Shown: positions 1-10,239 of the stretch, one piece after another
Layout of the letters: the number at the start of each line of letters is the position of its first letter
Position numbering within the stretch: the stretch's first letter is position 1
Assembly (NCBI GenBank): GCA_030390025.1
Contig: CM059431.1
Span: forward strand, 155,064,001 to 155,128,000
DNA length: 64,000 bases
Direction of reading: 5' to 3'
Origin: Squalus acanthias
Taxonomy: Eukaryota
Translations under genes and position numbers: made by a program
Notes under the pieces: model-generated
Databases searched by the model: none
The model's input: only the letters and a program-made list of their open reading frames with translations
What the model was told of the DNA's origin: nothing

Positions 1-490
1 CAACTGATCCAAAACTTTTCTGCCGGTATCCTAATTCGCAACAATTTTCTCTCACCCATGTGTTATCTGGCCTACATTGGGTCCACTTCTAACAACGCCT
101 CGAATTTAAATTTCTTATCCCAGTGCTCGAATGCGACCCGTGTACAGCACCTCCACCTTTATGCAAACTCCTCCAGCACTACAACCGTCAGAAATCTCCG
201 CGTTCCTCTAATTCTGATCTCTTGTGCATCAACAATTTCCATCGCCCACCATTAGCTGCCCAGGCCTTAAGCTATGAATTCCTCCTCTGAACAACTCCGC
301 CTCTCTACTTTTGCTCCTCCTTCAACACGCTCCTTAAAATCTACCTTTATGACCAAGCTTGTTGTCACCTCTCTTAACATCTCCTTATGTTGCTCGTTTA
401 CAAATGTGTCTGATAACACTCCTGTGAAGCCCGTTGGGACGTTTTGTTATGCTAAATGCGCTATATAAATCCAAGTTGTTGATGTTGGTT
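1..490 (+). mobile_element. L2-clade LINE 3' fragment
   Basis: Degenerate LHW-type ORF2 end followed by the L2-type tail gcgctatataaatccaagttgttg; similar to the copy at 720-1280. Confidence 0.6.
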
Positions 491-719
491 ATACTCAATT
501 TTTATTTTACCCAAGTGATAGATTGAGATAATTTAGCAATTATTTTAATTGAGACATTCTGGTTCATTTTCGTCTTCACCGCTTGCGAATTTAGCCGGGA
601 AGACAGCAAGCCCATTGTAGAACCTGCCCAATTGTAATTGTGTTGACATTAATCGACTGAACGGCTGATGGTCTCTTTCACAGACTGTTCAACAGCCCAT
701 CCGCTGCTGAATCCGCCAG

Positions 720-1280
720 CCATGTATTTGTTACATCTAGACTTGACTATGCAAATGCACTCCTGGCTGGCCTCCCACATTATACCCTACATAAACTTCA
801 GATGATCCAAAACTCTGCTTCCCGTTCATCCATCACTCGTTGACCTACATTGGCTAACGGTTAAGCAACGCTCTACTTCAAAATTCTAATCATTGTTTTC
901 AAATCCCTCCATTGCCTCCCCCCTCCCTATCTCTGCAATCTCCTTCAGCCCCACAACGGCCCGTGATATCTGCGCTCCTCTAATTCTTGAGCATCCCTCA
1001 TTGTAATCGCTAAACCTTTGGTGGCCGTGCCTTCTGTTGCCTAGGCCCTAAGTCTGGAATTCCCTGCCTAAACCACTCCGCCTCTCTACCTCTTTTTCCT
1101 CCTTTAAGACGCTCCTTAAATCCTATCTCTTTGAAAAAGCTTTTGGTCACCTGCCCGAAGTACTCCTTATGTGGCTCGGTGTCAATTTCCTTTGTCATCA
1201 AATACTCCTGTGAAGCGCCTTGGGACGTTTTAATACGTTAAAGGCGTTATATAAATACAAGTTGTCGTTGTTATTGTTGG
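720..1280 (+). mobile_element. L2-clade LINE 3' fragment
   Basis: Translates as HVFVTSRLDYANALLAGLP...LHWL, typical of the L2 ORF2 C-terminus; tail gcgttatataaatacaagttgtcgttgtt. Confidence 0.75.
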
Positions 1281-2198
1281 TTATCAGCTCCGTCAGTTAC
1301 TGACCATTTGGTGAAGACTGAAATTATTCTATGGGACTTTAACAGCAAAGAAGGAGATCAATTGTCTTGTGGAATTTACGTTGGCACTCTGTGAGTGCAG
1401 TCCACTTTGCATGGCCCTTTCCCAATATTCTATTCCATTTTTTCAAATATTAGTTCACTTTCCATTGAAAAAGTAATACAGATCTGATTCCATCTCTGTC
1501 TCTCGTGAGGCATTCCATGTCCTTACAAGCCTCTGCGTTAAACAAAATAAAGTAACGATCCGAATATCTACATTTGCCTTTGATGCAAAGCTAATAAATT
1601 TGCAGTTAACTAGTTTTGTTTTGTAATTGTTTTGAATAGTGGTTCAACGTTACCTTGTTTTTAATCCACTGCTACCTCTAGTATTGAATAATTTCCTTCT
1701 TGAATGCCAATTCTCTCGATTTGTCATTCTTTATGCAGCACACTGTGGTGTATCATATCTACCACATTAAATTTATTGTTTTAATTCGGATCTATCAATT
1801 GCTAATACTGTTAAAACATCCTGAAATTCAGGTTCAGGATTAGTTTGATGAGTGAATGGTTCTTTTGGTCTTTTGATCGATCGAAGTATCGATCTATCAG
1901 TCTGTTGTGCTATTACTCTGTCGGTGAAATCATGTAACCTAAATATGTAAAACAAGGAAATAACTGCAAACGCTGGAAATCTGAAATGGAAACAAAAATG
2001 CTCTTTAAATACCTCATGAATTGATGATAACTCAACACGCAGGGTGTGTCCAGCACCTGCTGATTTAGTAAAAACATTAACTATAGCATCCCTAATTGTA
2101 ACAACTGCGCTGGACATATTTGTCTTACAAGTATTAGGCATACTTGATATGGTGCAACTCAAGATGTTGGGTTGAATCTCTCTGCATTGTGTTTCCAG

Positions 2199-2370
2199 CA
2201 TATCAGGGAGCTGACGGAAAGTAAACAGATGACCGAAGCTTCAAAATTACTTTTCGAAAAAGTGATGTCAATCGGAGCAAAAGCAGGGAGAGCAATGTGG
2301 GAAATACTTGTGAACCTGCAGAGTACGATACCAAAGCTGAGGGAAATACTGAAAGAAATGCAAGCAAAAG
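2199..2370 (+). pseudogene. NLR A exon: helical N-terminal domain (HIRELTESK...LREILKEMQAK)
   Basis: tttccag|CAT acceptor, AAG|gtatta donor, open frame; helical pattern like the N-termini of shark NLRs. Confidence 0.8.
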
Positions 2371-2478
2371 GTATTAGCTGGTTCATTTGCATAACATGAA
2401 AATATTAACATATATTTTACTAAACACCGGGTGTACTATTCCATTGATGATAAATCTGAATCACACTTTTCTCAATAG

Positions 2479-2544
2479 GTGGCAATTTACAATATGAAGC
2501 AACTTGGAGCCAAATACCGTCAAAAGTACCGCCTTATTTAGAAG
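2479..2544 (+). pseudogene. NLR A 66-nt linker exon (GGNLQYEATWSQIPSKVPPYLE)
   Basis: ctcaatag|GT acceptor, GAAG|gtacgt donor; phase 1-1 joins the neighbouring exons in frame. Confidence 0.75.
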
Positions 2545-2654
2545 GTACGTGGTGTTTAAACATTTCATGTACTATTAAACCACTCTTCCTTTACTATGAA
2601 AGAAACAGCTTAGAATTATATAGCGCTTTTCTTATCCTCAACAGGTCCCAAAAA

Positions 2655-2895
2655 GCTAGATAGATAGATAGGTATAGTTGATAGAAAATTTTGATAGATA
2701 CGTTCAAAGATAAAGATATACACACCTATATAGAGACAATTATAGCTAGATAAATGGAAGGATAAATAAAGTGTCAACAGCATAAATAGATAGATAAACA
2801 AAGGAAATACATGAAAAAGTAACGATAGAAGCAAAGAAAGAATGAAAGAAAAAAAGAGAAACATCGATGGAGAGATGTATGGATAGATATTAGAC
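2655..2895 (+). repeat. Degenerate (ATAG)n / purine-rich microsatellite in intron
   Basis: tagatagata ggtatag... gatagata runs. Confidence 0.7.
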
Positions 2896-3015
2896 AGTAC
2901 CATTGCTTTTCATGTCACATAGTCATTGTGTTTTATCTTTTGAGGCATTACGCGCATGCTCATTCAAAGTGTAATGATTTTGCCGTCGACTTTATTAATT
3001 TTAATTGCTTTGCAG

Positions 3016-3319
3016 AGATTCAAAATAAACATAAAGAAACTCTCCGTCGGCAATACGACAAGATGAAAGTGAATAGTGGGGAACGGACAAGTATTTTTTC
3101 GCTTGATGATCGATACACAAAAGTAATAATCGTTAAAAGCCCTCTGGAAGGTATAACTGCAAAAGACGAACTTTGGGCCATTGGTAGAAAGCACGAAAAA
3201 TGGCAAAAGAAACATCTAACTAATTCGCTGGAGAAAGTTGGAATTGATCAATTATTCAGAAGCAGTTTCGGTCGAACGAGCCTGTCTGGAACGTCGGTAG
3301 TAACAGGTGTGGCTGGTAT
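3016..3319 (+). pseudogene. NLR A NACHT exon, 5' part, up to the first half of Walker A
   Basis: ttgcag|AG acceptor; EIQNKHKETLRRQ...LDDRYTK...VVTGVAG(I); interrupted at about 3320. Confidence 0.88.
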
Positions 3320-3442
3320 AAGAACATAAGAACATAAGAAATAGGAGCAGGAGTAGGCCAATCGGACCCTCGAGCCTGCTCCGCCATTCAATAAGATCAT
3401 GGCTGATCTGATCCTAACCGCCAATCTACTATCTATCACAGA
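3320..3442 (-). mobile_element. CR1 3'-terminal fragment (~120 bp) with (TTCTTATG)n tail
   Basis: Matches about 53373-53491 except for one substitution and one 3-nt indel. Confidence 0.9.
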
Positions 3443-5603
3443 TAGGTATCGGTATTCATCAGGAGAATGAGGCTCCGGGAATACTTCCACAAATCCCAAG
3501 ATGTCAGCAACAAACCCAATGAGACAATCAATGATCCAGAACAGCAGACAGAGGGACTCGCAGTGCAGCAACCGAAGAAAAAAGAGTCAAACTGGACCCC
3601 TCCGGAGGGTCGCTGCCTCAAGCTTGACATGTATGCTCAAGCTGTCAGGAGATGCATCAACGCCAGATTCATCAGCCGCACTCACAAGACAGTCCAGAAT
3701 GTCACCCGAGCACAACGCAACGCCATCCACGCTCTCAAGACCATCCGCAACATTGTCATCAAACCAGCGGACAAAGGAGGAGCCATCGTCATACAGAACA
3801 GAACGGACTATTGTAAAGAAGCATACCGAAAACTGGACAACCAGGAACACTACAGACAGCTACCCGCAGATCCGACCAAAGAACACAGCCGCCAACTCAA
3901 TAGACTGATCAAGACCTTCGATCCAGACATTCAAAACATCCTACGCTCTCTCATCCCACGTACTCCCCGCGTGGGAGACTTCTACTGCCTCCCAAAGATA
4001 CACAAAGCCAACACACCCGGACGTCCTATCGTATCAGGCAATGGAACCCTGTGTGAGAACCTCTCTGGATACGTCGAGGGCATTCTGAAACCCATCGTAC
4101 AGGGAACCCCCAGCTTCTGTCGCGACACTACAGACTTCTTACAGAAACTCAGCACCCACGGAACAGTTGAACCAGGAACACTCCTTGCCACGATGGACGT
4201 ATCGGCACTCTACACCAGTATCCCCCACGATGACGGCATCGCTGCAACAGCCTCAGTACTCAACATCAACAACAGCCAATCTCCAGACGCCATCCTACAA
4301 CTCATCCGCTTCATCCTTGACCACAATGTCTTCACCTTCGACAACCATTTTTTTACCCAAACACACGGAACAGCCATGGGGACCAAATTCGCACCCCAAT
4401 ACGCCAACATCTTCATGCACAAGTTCGAGCAAGACTTCTTCGCTGCACAGGACCTCCAGCCAACGCTGTACACCAGATACATCGACGACATTTTCTTCCT
4501 TTGGACCCATGGCGAAGGATCACTGAAAAGACTACACAATAACATAAAACAAGTTCCATCCCACCATCAAACTCACCATGGACTACTCCTCAGAATCGGT
4601 CTCATTCCTGGACACACGAATCTCCATCAAAGACGGACACCTCAGCACTTCACTCTACCGCAAGCCCACGGACAACGTCACGATGCTCCACTTCTCCAGC
4701 TTCCACCCTAACCATGTTAAAGAAGCCATCCCCTATGGACAAGCCCTGCAAATACACAGGATCTGCTCAGACGAGGAGTAACGCGATGGACACCTACGGA
4801 CGCTGAAAAACGCCCTCGTAAGAACGGGATATGACGCTCGACTCATCGATCGACAGTTCCGATGGGCCACAGCGAAAAATCGCATAGACCTCCTCAGAAG
4901 GCAAACACGGGACACAACCAACAGGGTACCCTACGTCGTCCAGTACTTCCCCGGAGCGGAGAAACTACGCCGTGTTCTTCGCAGCCTTCAACATGTCATC
5001 GATGACGACAAACACCTCGCTAAGGCCATCCCCACGCCTCCACTACTTGCCTTCAAACAGCCGCCTAAACTCAGAAGTACCATCGTTCGCAGCAAATTAC
5101 CCAGCTTTCAGGATAACAGCAACCACGACACCACACAACCCTGCCATGGCAAACTCTGCAAGACATGCCAGATCATCAACACAGATACCACCATCACACG
5201 TGAGGACACTACCCACCAGGTACATGGTACATACTCATGTGACTCGGCCAACGTTGTCTACCTCATACGTTGCAGGAAAGAATGCACCGCGGCATGGTAC
5301 ATCGGCGAGACCATGCAGACACTGAAACAACGTATGAACGAGCACCGCACAACAATCGCCAGGCAGGATTGTTACCTCCCAGTCGGGGAACACTTCAGCA
5401 GTCAAGGACATTCAGCCTCGGATCTGCGGGTAAGCGTTCTCCAAGGCAACCTTAGAAACACACGACAATGCAAAATCATCGAGCAGAAACTGATAGCCAA
5501 GTTCCGCACTCATGAAGACGGTCTCAACCGGGATCTTGGATTTATGTCACGATACATGACGTGATCCGGACTCGACACGTCGTTGGCTTGTTCACAGATG
5601 TGA

Positions 5604-5650
5604 TTCCCAGTAAAAAAGTAAAAATTTTCCCAGTAAAAAAGTAAAAATTT
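5604..5650 (+). repeat. Tandem duplication (~23 bp x2) in the Penelope 3' region
   Basis: ttcccagtaaaaaagtaaaaatt occurs twice in a row. Confidence 0.8.
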
Positions 5651-5894
5651 TAAAGCTTTTCGTTTTACATACAGACGGCAGCTTTTGACACGTTAGAACC
5701 CCTGCGACTACACCTCATTGTCTCAGTTGTATCTTGCTATGTCTTTGATGTGGTAACTTCCTGGCTGACTTAATTAACTTTATCACACCTCGGCAGATAG
5801 TCAGGATGATTTAATTTAGTGGTCTGCAATTGTAAGGTACACATGCTTTGTTCTCTATCTATATATGCTTTGGCGATTCTGTATCTAATTTACT

Positions 5895-5936
5895 TCACCT
5901 GAGGAAGGAGCAATCGATAGCTCCGAAAGCTTGTGA
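5895..5936 (+). ncRNA. Minimal hammerhead ribozyme motif (Penelope-associated)
   Basis: TCAC-CTGAGGA-A-GGAGC(aatcgata)GCTCC-GAAA-GCTT-GTGA: CUGANGA and GAAA boxes, 5-bp stem II, palindromic mini stem III, TCAC/GTGA stem I. Confidence 0.8.
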
Positions 5937-5985
5937 TTTCAAATAAAACTGTTGGACTATAACCTGGTGTTGTGCGACCTCTCAA

Positions 5986-7405
5986 ATCGGTAAAACTGCC
6001 ATGGTGCAGAAGATTCTCCATGACTGGGCCGCAGGCAAAATATATCAACAATTCAACTTTGTCTTTCTTTTCACATTTCGGAAATTACGAGTCATAAAAG
6101 AGAAGACAAGTCTGAAGCAGCTAGTACAAGATTCATATCGTTATTTCGGGAAGGACCTTGAGCGCGTGTGGGAAGAACCAGCGAAGATACTGCTTATATT
6201 TGACGGGTTAGATGCATTTCATGAGGATATCATTTTTAGTGATCAGCAGAGAAACGTGGACCCAGAGCATCAGTGTTTCGATCCCGAGTGTCGGTGTGAA
6301 GTGTCTGATATTGTCCGGTGTCTGGTTCAGGGGAAGTTACTGAAGGGTTGTTCGGTGTTGGTCACGAGCCGACTCAGTGCCCTGGATTCGCTGAATAAGA
6401 AAGAAGTCAATATCTGGGCTGAGATACTCGGTTTCCTTGCTGAAGAAAGAAGAAATTATTGTCGGAGATTTTTCAGGGATGCCAAGATGGCGGTCGCCGT
6501 TTTCAAATACATCGAAGAGAACGACGTCCTATACACCATGTGTTATATTCCTGTGTACTGCTGGATCATCTGTTCCACGTTGGCCCCGCTCTTTAGAGGT
6601 CAAGAGAAAAGAGAAAGGCAACTTCCTGAAACTATCACTGAACTCTTTTCAAATTTCTTGGCCAGCTTGTTAAAAAGAGAAGGTTGTAATATTATAAACA
6701 GACGTGAGCTTTTACTCAAACTCGCGGAGATGGCCTATGACGGAGTCAGCAAGAGATCCGTGATATTTCATGATGATGATTTCAAACGTCACAACCTGCA
6801 ACCTTCAAAATTCACTTCCGGGTTTATGATGCAAATTCTGCACGAAGACAACTCAGCCAGGAGTGCCGTGCACACATTTACTCATCGCACACTACAAGAG
6901 TTTCTCGCCGCTCTCTCACTGTTCCTGAAATCAACTCCACAGAAAATGGAACAGCTCCTGAATAAAGCAAACTGGGACAGTTATAGTCAGTTTGAGATAT
7001 TCTTCCGTTTCCTGGCTGGTCTTTCTTCTCCATAATCAACTCGAGAGCTAACAAAGGATTTGCGCTTGTTCGATGAATCAACATGCCACAAAGTGATAGA
7101 TTGGTTGCAAGAGGAGGTGCAGCGAATGATTGAAAAGAGTGAGGGACAGGAGAATAAAACAAAATTCTGGCCACATTCTACCTACTGTCTGAATCCCAAA
7201 ACTCAACACTGATGAAGAAATTGCTTGGATCTGTAAAGAAGGTTGCATTTTCTGATTTAGAACTCAGTCCGGTGGATTGCATGGTACTGGCGACGGTCCT
7301 GAGGCCTTGTGACGTTTTAGAAGAACTAGATCTGACCCAGTGCTCAATACAAGATGAAGGGATCCAGAGATTGGCAGGGGTTTTACACAAATGCAAAATT
7401 CTGAG
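5986..7405 (+). pseudogene. NLR A NACHT exon, 3' part (IGKTAMVQK...LHKCKILR)
   Basis: ATC GGT AAA ACT GCC ATG is in frame with ORF 6001-7035; NLR-like sequence continues past TAA 7033; frameshift near 7160 into ORF 7212; donor AG|gtaatt at 7406. Confidence 0.92.
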
Positions 7406-7699
7406 GTAATTTTAAATAAGTTACTGAAATGTACTAACGAATTCCGCGACATCTACATAAGCATGGCAGCAATTCCGTGAGAGGTCTTTCCATCGGGTGA
7501 CATGGGAAAAAAGAAAGAAAGAAAGAGATTTAATTTACATAATCGCACATTCAGGACACTGAGATAATTGTAGGGTCTTTAAAGGTCACATTACTATCTC
7601 CTGGTGGAAAATGCACCGATTTGGGCAGCTTGAACTGCCTGGCATTCGCCCTCAGGCGCTTCACTTCCTCCGAGCACATCAGCTTACAGGCTTAGTGTC

Positions 7700-8345
7700 A
7701 TAGAGTAATAGAGTTATGCAGCACAGAAAGAGGTCCTTTGGCTTATCGTGTCTGCGCCGGCCATCAAGCACTATCTATTCTAATTCTATTTTCCAGCACT
7801 TGGTCCATAGCCTTGTATGCTATGGCGTTTCAAGTGCTCATCTAAATGCTTCTTGAATGTTATAAGGGTTTCTGCCTCTACCACCCTTTCAGGCAGTGAG
7901 TTCCAGATTCCAACTCCCTCTGGGTGAAAAAGATTTTCCTCAAATCCACTCTAAACCTCCTGCCCCTTACCTTGAAACAATGCCCCCTGGTCATTGACCC
8001 ATCTACTAAGGGGTAAAGTTCATTTCTATCTACCCTATCTATGCCCCTCATCATTTTGTACACCTCAATCAGGTCGTCACTCAGCCTTCTCTGCTCTGAG
8101 GAAAACAACCCCAGCCTGTCCAGTCTCTCTTCATGGCTGAAACGCTCCAGCCCAGGCAACATCCTGGTAAATCTCCTGTGCACCCTCTCTAATGGAATCA
8201 CATCCTTCCTATAGTGTGGCGACCAGAACTGCACACAGTATTCCAGCTTTGGGTTAACTAACTTTTTGCACAGTTCCATCATAACCTCCCTGCTGTTATA
8301 TTCTATACCTCGGCTAATGAAGGCATGTAACCCATATGCCTTCAT
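7700..8345 (-). mobile_element. CR1 LINE 3' end
   Basis: LEYCVQFWSPHYRKD...LERVHRRFTRM...TRGH ORF2 C-terminus plus 3' UTR and tail. Confidence 0.9.
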
Positions 8346-8415
8346 ATTGGCACACCCTCTGGTGACAATAAAGGGAACTGGGTAACTATATGCATATTAT
8401 CAACCGGGGCAAATG

Positions 8416-8900
8416 TTATCGAAAGTTCAAGTGACATATTTTACAAAAATAGCCCTTAAATTCCTTAACGCTTACCTTAAAAATGTATTGGCATTTTATG
8501 GGCAGAAAACTGCGAACCATAAGCACCTGATATTCGTCCCCTGAAAAAAGAAGGGGAGCAAGAAAGGGAGAAAAAGGGATGTTCCTCTGCATGAGGTGAT
8601 TTTTCATTTTTGTCACAAAATGGAAAACGGGCTGGATTGGATTGGGAGAGATGTATAATGGGTAACCAATTCTCTATCACCAGTCTTATATTATTGTACA
8701 AAGTCAAAATCGTCCTTTTTGTGTCGAACAACGATCCAGCATCTGTGACAAGCGGCACTGACGCATACCCTGGCATTCTTCTAGTAGAAGGATCAATTTC
8801 TTCCGCATAAATTGAGTACATTCTTGTAAATTTCAAAAAGCTAACGACTCTATACGATTTCCAAATAGGGTACTCAAATCTATGTTCACCAAGTTCACTT
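8416..8900 (-). other. Degraded non-repetitive antisense reading frame, possible endogenous viral nucleoprotein remnant
   Basis: Two overlapping ORFs (8477-8836, open back to about 8900; 8416-8616) joinable by one frameshift; the motif resemblance is by eye only. Confidence 0.3.
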
Positions 8901-9159
8901 TAAATTTAGTCTGTTATGTCTGTATCTTATGGGCTCTCTCTAACGAAGACTAACGTTCTTGGGTAGATATCTCAAGCGGAACAATGACAATTAAAGACCA
9001 TGTGTAATCGCTCCTACCTTACGTGAAATCTTTCTCTGATATGTATTATCAGTGATGGGCTCCAATGATTAGAATATTCTTTATGATGCTTTATTTTGTG
9101 AACCTCAAGAAATTCGTAAATCAGATGAATCAACTATATGAACAAAGTAACAGAAATTC

Positions 9160-9314
9160 TGAAATTCGTCTTGCTCAACTGAGCAAAATGGACACGATCG
9201 CATTGTCCGCCTGTTATACTGTTCAATGGAACCGAATATCCGGCTTGGCATATAAGGGGCGGGCGGTGCTATAAGGCCAATATTACGCTACCGCCCGAGA
9301 CGAATTTCTATCCT
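9160..9314. mobile_element. Palindromic MITE-like remnant (same family as 25521-25865)
   Basis: gaaattcgtc...ccgcccgagacgaatttctatcc ends; ttcaatggaac centre. Confidence 0.55.
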
Positions 9315-9396
9315 ATGGGTTTAAACACTGGAATGTATTCCCCAATGTCGGAGCTTAAACACATTCCACGTTATGTCTAATGTTATTTGTGTTTAG

Positions 9397-9483
9397 GCTC
9401 AATGAGAATAAGCTGGAAGATGTGGGAGTGAAAAGGCTGTCTACAGCATTGAAGAAAAATGATTGCAAAATACAAACACTGGA
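9397..9483 (+). pseudogene. NLR A LRR exon, 87 nt (LNENKLEDVGVKRLSTALKKNDCKIQTL)
   Basis: tttag|G acceptor, GA|gtaagt donor; ribonuclease-inhibitor-type LRR. Confidence 0.88.
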
Positions 9484-9575
9484 GTAAGTGAAGCTAATTA
9501 TAGTAACTGCAATAAAAACAGAAAATGCTGGAGATACACAACAGGTCAGGCAGCATCTGTGGAGAGAGAAACAGA

Positions 9576-9610
9576 GTTAACGTTTCAGGTCGATGACCCT
9601 TCGTCAGAAC
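9576..9610 (-). ncRNA. Minimal hammerhead-like motif
   Basis: Reverse strand reads GTT-CTGACGA-AG-GGTC(atc)GACC-T-GAAA-CGTT-AAC. Confidence 0.7.
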
Positions 9611-10014
9611 TGGAAAAAGCTGAGATGGAACAGGTTTTTAAGCAAGTGTAGCGGCAGGGGAAGGGGGAGTGTTGGAAATAATTAAAGGGAAGTTCTGTGA
9701 TAGGATGGAAGGCAGGAGAGATTAAGAGAGAAAGGGGATAATGAGTTTAGATGCTGCCTGACCTGCTCAGTATTTCCAGCATTTTCTGTTCAGATGCTGC
9801 CTGACCTGCTCAGTATTTCCAGCATTTTCTGTTCAGATGCTGCCTAACCTGCTGAATATTTCCAGAATTTTCTATCTAGCATCATCCCTTTTGTCTCTGA
9901 ATCTCTTCTGCCTTCCATCCTATCACAGTCCTTCCCTTTTGTTCTTTCCTCCCCTCCCCCCTTTCCCTGCCCCTACACTTGCTTAAAAACCTGTTCAATC
10001 TCCAGCTGATTCCA

Positions 10015-10049
10015 GTTCTGACGAAGGGTCATCGGCCAGAAACGTTAAC
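10015..10049 (+). ncRNA. Minimal hammerhead-like motif
   Basis: GTT-CTGACGA-AG-GGTC(atc)GGCC-A-GAAA-CGTT-AAC. Confidence 0.65.
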
Positions 10050-10239
10050 TCTGTTCCTCTCTCCACAGATGCTGACTGACCTGCTGAGTATTTCCAGCAT
10101 TTTCAGTTTTTATTTCAGATTTCCAGCATCCACAGTATTTTGCTTTTGTATAATAACTGCAATACTGACGAATATTATATAGGAATGATGATTCGCAATT
10201 TTACAATGAAAAATAAAATACTATTGTTTCCACTTGGAG

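Larger units (their letters stand above)
3455..5985 (+). mobile_element. 5'-truncated Penelope-like element, Neptune-type (RT, Cys-rich linker, GIY-YIG)
   Basis: RRMRLREYF, KPADKGG, YCLPKIHK, GTAMG, RYIDD; linker PCHGKLCKTC; NVVYLIRC..C...WYIGET...R..EH; HEDGLN. Frameshift near 4547, TAA at 4779-4781, natural stop at 5562-5564. Confidence 0.93.
9515..10148. mobile_element. Non-coding foldback element of two inverted Penelope-like 3' ends with an internal 43-bp x3 repeat
   Basis: About 9515-9743 is the reverse complement of about 9880-10110; flanking direct repeat TATAGTAACTGCAATA / TATAATAACTGCAATA. Confidence 0.8.

Noticed and set aside
1270..1395. Candidate upstream exon of NLR A
   Set aside because: AG/GT-like ends are present, but I saw no NLR-like translation.
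2616..2903. Hydrophobic 95-aa ORF as a membrane protein
   Set aside because: It is the antisense translation of an ATAG microsatellite.
3467..4711. 414-aa RT ORF as a retron, DGR or group II intron RT
   Set aside because: It is followed by a Cys linker and GIY-YIG domain in a spliced eukaryotic context, which identifies a Penelope element.
3314..5985. Insertion removed as a new intron using G|GTATAA at 3316
   Set aside because: Weak donor, no AG acceptor at the right junction, and the downstream stop and frameshift would remain.
9749..9873. 43-bp repeats as a CRISPR array
   Set aside because: Directly tandem with no spacers; they copy the element's own terminus.
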